Assembly (NCBI GenBank): GCA_016209035.1
Contig: JACQWX010000126.1
Span: 16,288-80,287 of the forward strand
Reading direction: 5' to 3'
Source of the DNA: Elusimicrobiota bacterium
Lineage (GTDB): Bacteria > Elusimicrobiota > Elusimicrobia > UBA1565 > UBA9628
Length of the DNA: 64,000 bases
Shown here: one piece after another, positions 61,269-64,000 of the stretch
How the letters are laid out: the number at the start of each line of letters is the position of its first letter
Position numbering within the stretch: the first letter of the stretch is position 1
The notes under the pieces: model-generated
Told to the model about the DNA's origin: nothing
Database searches by the model: none
What the model saw: the letters and a program-made list of their open reading frames with translations, nothing else
Translations under genes and position numbers: made by a program

Positions 61269-63308
61269 ATGAAGAAGCTCCTGGGATCGGTGCTCGCCAT
61301 CGCCATGCTCGTACAGCCTGGCTTTGCTAGCGCAGAGCTCCTTAAGAACTTCAAGCTGAGCGGTCAGGTGGACCTTCAGTCGCAGGCCAGCCGGAACGTC
61401 TATGACTTCGTCACTCGGCAGGACGAGTTGAGCAACATCATCAACCCGAACACTGGAGCGGCGCAGTCTGGCCAAGACATCACCCGCAACGCGACCGAGC
61501 GGCCGACGTTCAACGACCGCACGAACAACGCCCAATTCAGGGTCATCGTGAACCTGGACTGGGACTTGCTGGACGATGTCCACACCAAGGTCACCCTGCG
61601 CAAGAACGACAGGGCATGGGGCACGGCCGGCGGTATGGCTGAGGACAACGCGCCTTATCCTGCCAACGCTCGCCAGTATGTCGGGGGTGCTGGCGCTGGC
61701 TCGGACGCTGCCGGCCAAAACCTGCTCGGCGAGTTGGCGATCGACCAGGCCTACGTGAAGGTCGACAAGGTCTTCGGCCATATCGACTTCACTGCCGGCC
61801 GCCAGTTCTACGGCGAGCCGGGCGACCTGGTCATCTATTACGGGCCGCAGGACAACCTGTACGGTCTGCCGACCAACGGCCTCGACGCGCTGCGCATCGA
61901 CGTCGGGGGCCTGCCGTACGTCAACATCACGGGCCTCGCGGGCAAGGCCGTGGGCTCCGGCATATATACCACCAACGTCCCAGCCTGGGCCTTCACAGGG
62001 GCGGACACCGACGTGCGCGGCCTGGTCTTCAGCCTCAAGGAGGTCGAGAACATCAACCTCGACGCCTTCGCCTACAACCGGGTCCAGCACTTCACCGGCG
62101 CTCTCGGCAACGCCGGCGGCAACGCCTGCGTTGACAACGACGCCGACGGAGTCGCCGGCAACGACCCGGGTGAGTGCACCTGGGCCAACAACTGGGGCAA
62201 GAACGACACCCTGTATGTCTACGGGTTGAAGGGCAAGGTCAACTTCGGCGGGTTCACCGGCAAGATGCTGTTCGCCAAGAACGCCGGCAAGAACCGCTAC
62301 AATGCTCCCCTCAACTGGGACGTTCAGCAGGACGGTGTTCTTGCAGCAGGAAATGACTTCAGCTACAACATCCCGGGCGGGTCGTATTCCGGCTGGGCTT
62401 GGACCGTGGACGGGGAGTTCAAGGCCGACATCGAGGACATCGCGTCCTTCACGCCTTGGATCCACTTCGGCATCGGCACCGGCCGCAACAGCATGCAGGA
62501 CGCGCAGAACGAGGGCTTCCAGAGCGTCAACTCAGACTACCGGCCAGGCACCATCTACGGCCGGTTCGGCTCGCAGTTGGGCTCCATGATCCCCTGCGTG
62601 CTCGGGGCCGTGGGCTGCACCGTGGCTGACATTGACGGCGACGGCAACGACCCCCTCGCAGGGGCAGGCAGCGGCGAAGGCCTCGGCGTGCGCACGGCTG
62701 GAACCCACATGGGCGCTTCCAACATCGGCGGCGTGGGCCTCAACAACCGCGTCATCTGGGGCGCGGGTCTTAAAGTCACGCCCGCGTTCGCCAACAAGCT
62801 GACCGTCGGGATCACTGTCTGGGACTTCCGGTTCCAGAAGATCACGGACGACAAGGTCATCTGGGTGGAGCCCGACTTCTGGGCAGCCAATTACGGCAAT
62901 AAGTTCCCGACAGGCGCAGGCGTAGGGGCAAACCTCGGCAGCTTCACCTACTGCAACGCGACGAGCTGCTACTCGAGACTGCCGAACGTCGGCACCATTG
63001 GTGCTGGCGGGACTGGAGACTACTGGGACGGCTCGAACGGCGCCCAGGGCTTCAGCAACGGCCGCACGCAGAAGCACATCGGCAACGAGCTCGACGTCGA
63101 CCTGACCTGGAAGCACTCGGACAACGTGAGCTTCCAGGCCGGCATCGCGTCCTTCAGGCCTGGGAAGTACATTCAGGAACTCATCCGCGACAACTACAAT
63201 GCCGGCGGCATAGCGGCTGGCGGCAGCCCCGGCATGCATGGCGCGGGCATGCGGGTCTCAAACAACCCGGTCGTGCTCGCCTACGGCGACATGCACATAA
63301 AGTTCTAA
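61269..63308 (+). CDS. large outer-membrane beta-barrel (porin-like) protein, 679 aa
   Basis: signal peptide MKKLLGSVLAIAMLVQPGFASA; alternating beta-strand pattern; C-terminal ...YGDMHIKF with terminal Phe; strong RBS; own terminator. Confidence 0.7.
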   Translation: MKKLLGSVLAIAMLVQPGFASAELLKNFKLSGQVDLQSQASRNVYDFVTRQDELSNIINPNTGAAQSGQDITRNATERPTFNDRTNNAQFRVIVNLDWDLLDDVHTKVTLRKNDRAWGTAGGMAEDNAPYPANARQYVGGAGAGSDAAGQNLLGELAIDQAYVKVDKVFGHIDFTAGRQFYGEPGDLVIYYGPQDNLYGLPTNGLDALRIDVGGLPYVNITGLAGKAVGSGIYTTNVPAWAFTGADTDVRGLVFSLKEVENINLDAFAYNRVQHFTGALGNAGGNACVDNDADGVAGNDPGECTWANNWGKNDTLYVYGLKGKVNFGGFTGKMLFAKNAGKNRYNAPLNWDVQQDGVLAAGNDFSYNIPGGSYSGWAWTVDGEFKADIEDIASFTPWIHFGIGTGRNSMQDAQNEGFQSVNSDYRPGTIYGRFGSQLGSMIPCVLGAVGCTVADIDGDGNDPLAGAGSGEGLGVRTAGTHMGASNIGGVGLNNRVIWGAGLKVTPAFANKLTVGITVWDFRFQKITDDKVIWVEPDFWAANYGNKFPTGAGVGANLGSFTYCNATSCYSRLPNVGTIGAGGTGDYWDGSNGAQGFSNGRTQKHIGNELDVDLTWKHSDNVSFQAGIASFRPGKYIQELIRDNYNAGGIAAGGSPGMHGAGMRVSNNPVVLAYGDMHIKF

Positions 63309-63340
63309 TATAGCTACAAGCTAGACTTAGAACGAAAGGA

Positions 63341-63373
63341 CCCCCCGGCGAAAGCCGGGGGGTTTCTTTTTCC
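63341..63373 (+). terminator. rho-independent terminator (CCCCCCGGC gaaa GCCGGGGGG plus TTTCTTTTT)
   Basis: seen directly, 33 nt after the porin stop. Confidence 0.9.
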
Positions 63374-63619
63374 GGCAGGCCCCAATAAGGGATATCTCTC
63401 AAAACGCGCCCTGGGGCTGGTCGACGAGTGGCGCAAGCTGCACGCAGGGGATCTCCTGCAGGACTGGGAGCTCGCACGACAGAGAAAGCCCCTCCGGCAC
63501 ATCGCGCCCCTGGAGTGACCTCATGATTACGAGATAGACCTCTTCGTGATGATGGACCGCCCCCGGAGCCGGACCCGGAGATATGACCTGGTCGACGAGG
63601 CGGGGCGAGCAGATTCCTC

Positions 63620-63660
63620 TTGACAATCAGTCATTTTTGGATTATCCTATTCAGAAATGA
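63620..63660 (+). promoter_or_regulatory. sigma-70-like promoter (TTGACA-17-TATCCT) and a palindromic operator ATTCAGAAATGAAT overlapping the XRE start codon
   Basis: ttgacaatcagtcatttttggattatcctattcagaaATGaat read directly. Confidence 0.5.
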
Positions 63661-64000
63661 ATAGAGGCATTGACCGGGCGTTCGGCCTCGTCGTCCGCCG
63701 CGAAAGGCAGCGCCTGCGCATGTCCCAGGCCGCGCTGGCCCGGGAAGCCGGCTGCCCCCAGCCGACGGTCTCCCGGCTCGAGAGGGGGACCCGCAGCGCC
63801 ACCTTGGCCGAAGTGGCCGCTCTGGCCGGAGCGCTGGGCGCTTCCGTGGGCGGCTTGTTGTCCGAGACGGAATCGGCTCTCGGCGGAGGGCACCGCGGCA
63901 TGGAATGCCGGCCCGCAGCCCCGCGCCCCGCGTTCTCCCCGGTCTTCCACGCCGCGCTGGCGGACCAAGAGACCGCCCTAAGCCAGTTGGCGGCTCACGG
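63657..64000 (+). CDS. XRE-family (Cro/C1-type HTH) transcriptional regulator, 3' end beyond the window
   Basis: MNRGIDRAFGLVVRRERQRLRMSQAALAREAGCPQPTVSRLERGTRSATLAEVAALAGALGASVGGLL is a classic HTH_XRE; absent from the ORF track because there is no stop in the window. Confidence 0.7.
   Translation, partial: MNRGIDRAFGLVVRRERQRLRMSQAALAREAGCPQPTVSRLERGTRSATLAEVAALAGALGASVGGLLSETESALGGGHRGMECRPAAPRPAFSPVFHAALADQETALSQLAAH

Noticed and set aside
1-64000. CRISPR arrays and rRNA genes
   Set aside because: No regularly spaced direct repeats with unique spacers and no rRNA-like conserved stretches were seen anywhere in the window.

Overview
The window is a high-G+C (about 65-70% by eye) bacterial chromosomal segment with almost every gene on the + strand. 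The many outer-membrane (OM) beta-barrels and lipoproteins point to a Gram-negative organism, and the sorting signals resemble the Bacteroidetes-type type IX secretion system (T9SS).

Left to right:
- A Phd/YefM-ParE toxin-antitoxin (TA) pair is cut by the window start.
- Cassette 1 is a 1417-aa secreted LamG/FN3 giant protein ending in a T9SS-type C-terminal sorting domain (CTD). A PorV/PorQ/FadL-like OM barrel follows immediately.
- Next come an SDR epimerase, folE, tRNA-Gly(CCC), a TPR-SpoIID/LytB protein, an OM barrel, a lipoprotein, a sugar-phosphate block (BadF-type kinase, rpiB, pgi, kdsC-like) and a membrane protein with a CBM48-like C-terminus.
- Cassette 2 is a 2038-aa Kelch/FN3 giant with the same kind of CTD, its own PorV/PorQ-like barrel, and a translationally coupled coiled-coil protein.
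- A roughly 3-kb island of visibly lower G+C follows. It holds an IS110-like transposase remnant, a restriction endonuclease frameshifted by a perfect 32-bp tandem duplication, an intact gamma-class N6-adenine methyltransferase (MTase) and a coupled small ORF.
- Then come a Zn-ADH, a GT39/ArnT-like glycosyltransferase, an RDD protein (- strand) and an MFS transporter with a long N-terminal extension.
- Further genes are lipoproteins and secreted proteins, an ACT protein, a HEAT-repeat protein, the MoxR-DUF58-BatA-E aerotolerance operon and miaB-pilZ-miaA.
- The housekeeping run continues with a spermidine-synthase fusion, hflX, plsY, gpsA, a BFN nuclease, HU, MerR, two tRNA-Pro, acyP, a sigma-70 factor and apt.
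- The right end holds a decayed region around tRNA-Arg(CCT) (HepT fragment, nucleotidyltransferase, DUF4143 ATPase pseudogene), a large porin-like OM protein with a structured 5' UTR and a strong terminator, and a partial XRE regulator.

The most unusual signals are:
1. A family of GC-rich palindromic elements inserted in-frame inside at least six protein-coding genes, similar in behaviour to Rickettsia palindromic elements (RPEs).
2. The duplicated giant-cargo plus dedicated-barrel cassettes.
3. The restriction-modification (R-M) island whose endonuclease gene is inactivated.
4. A G10 homopolymer inside cassette-1 cargo.
5. Two further conserved hairpin repeat families (C1/C2, and the tRNA-Gly 3'-end duplication).

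No CRISPR array or rRNA was found. Coordinates derived by hand-counting may be off by 1-2 nt.
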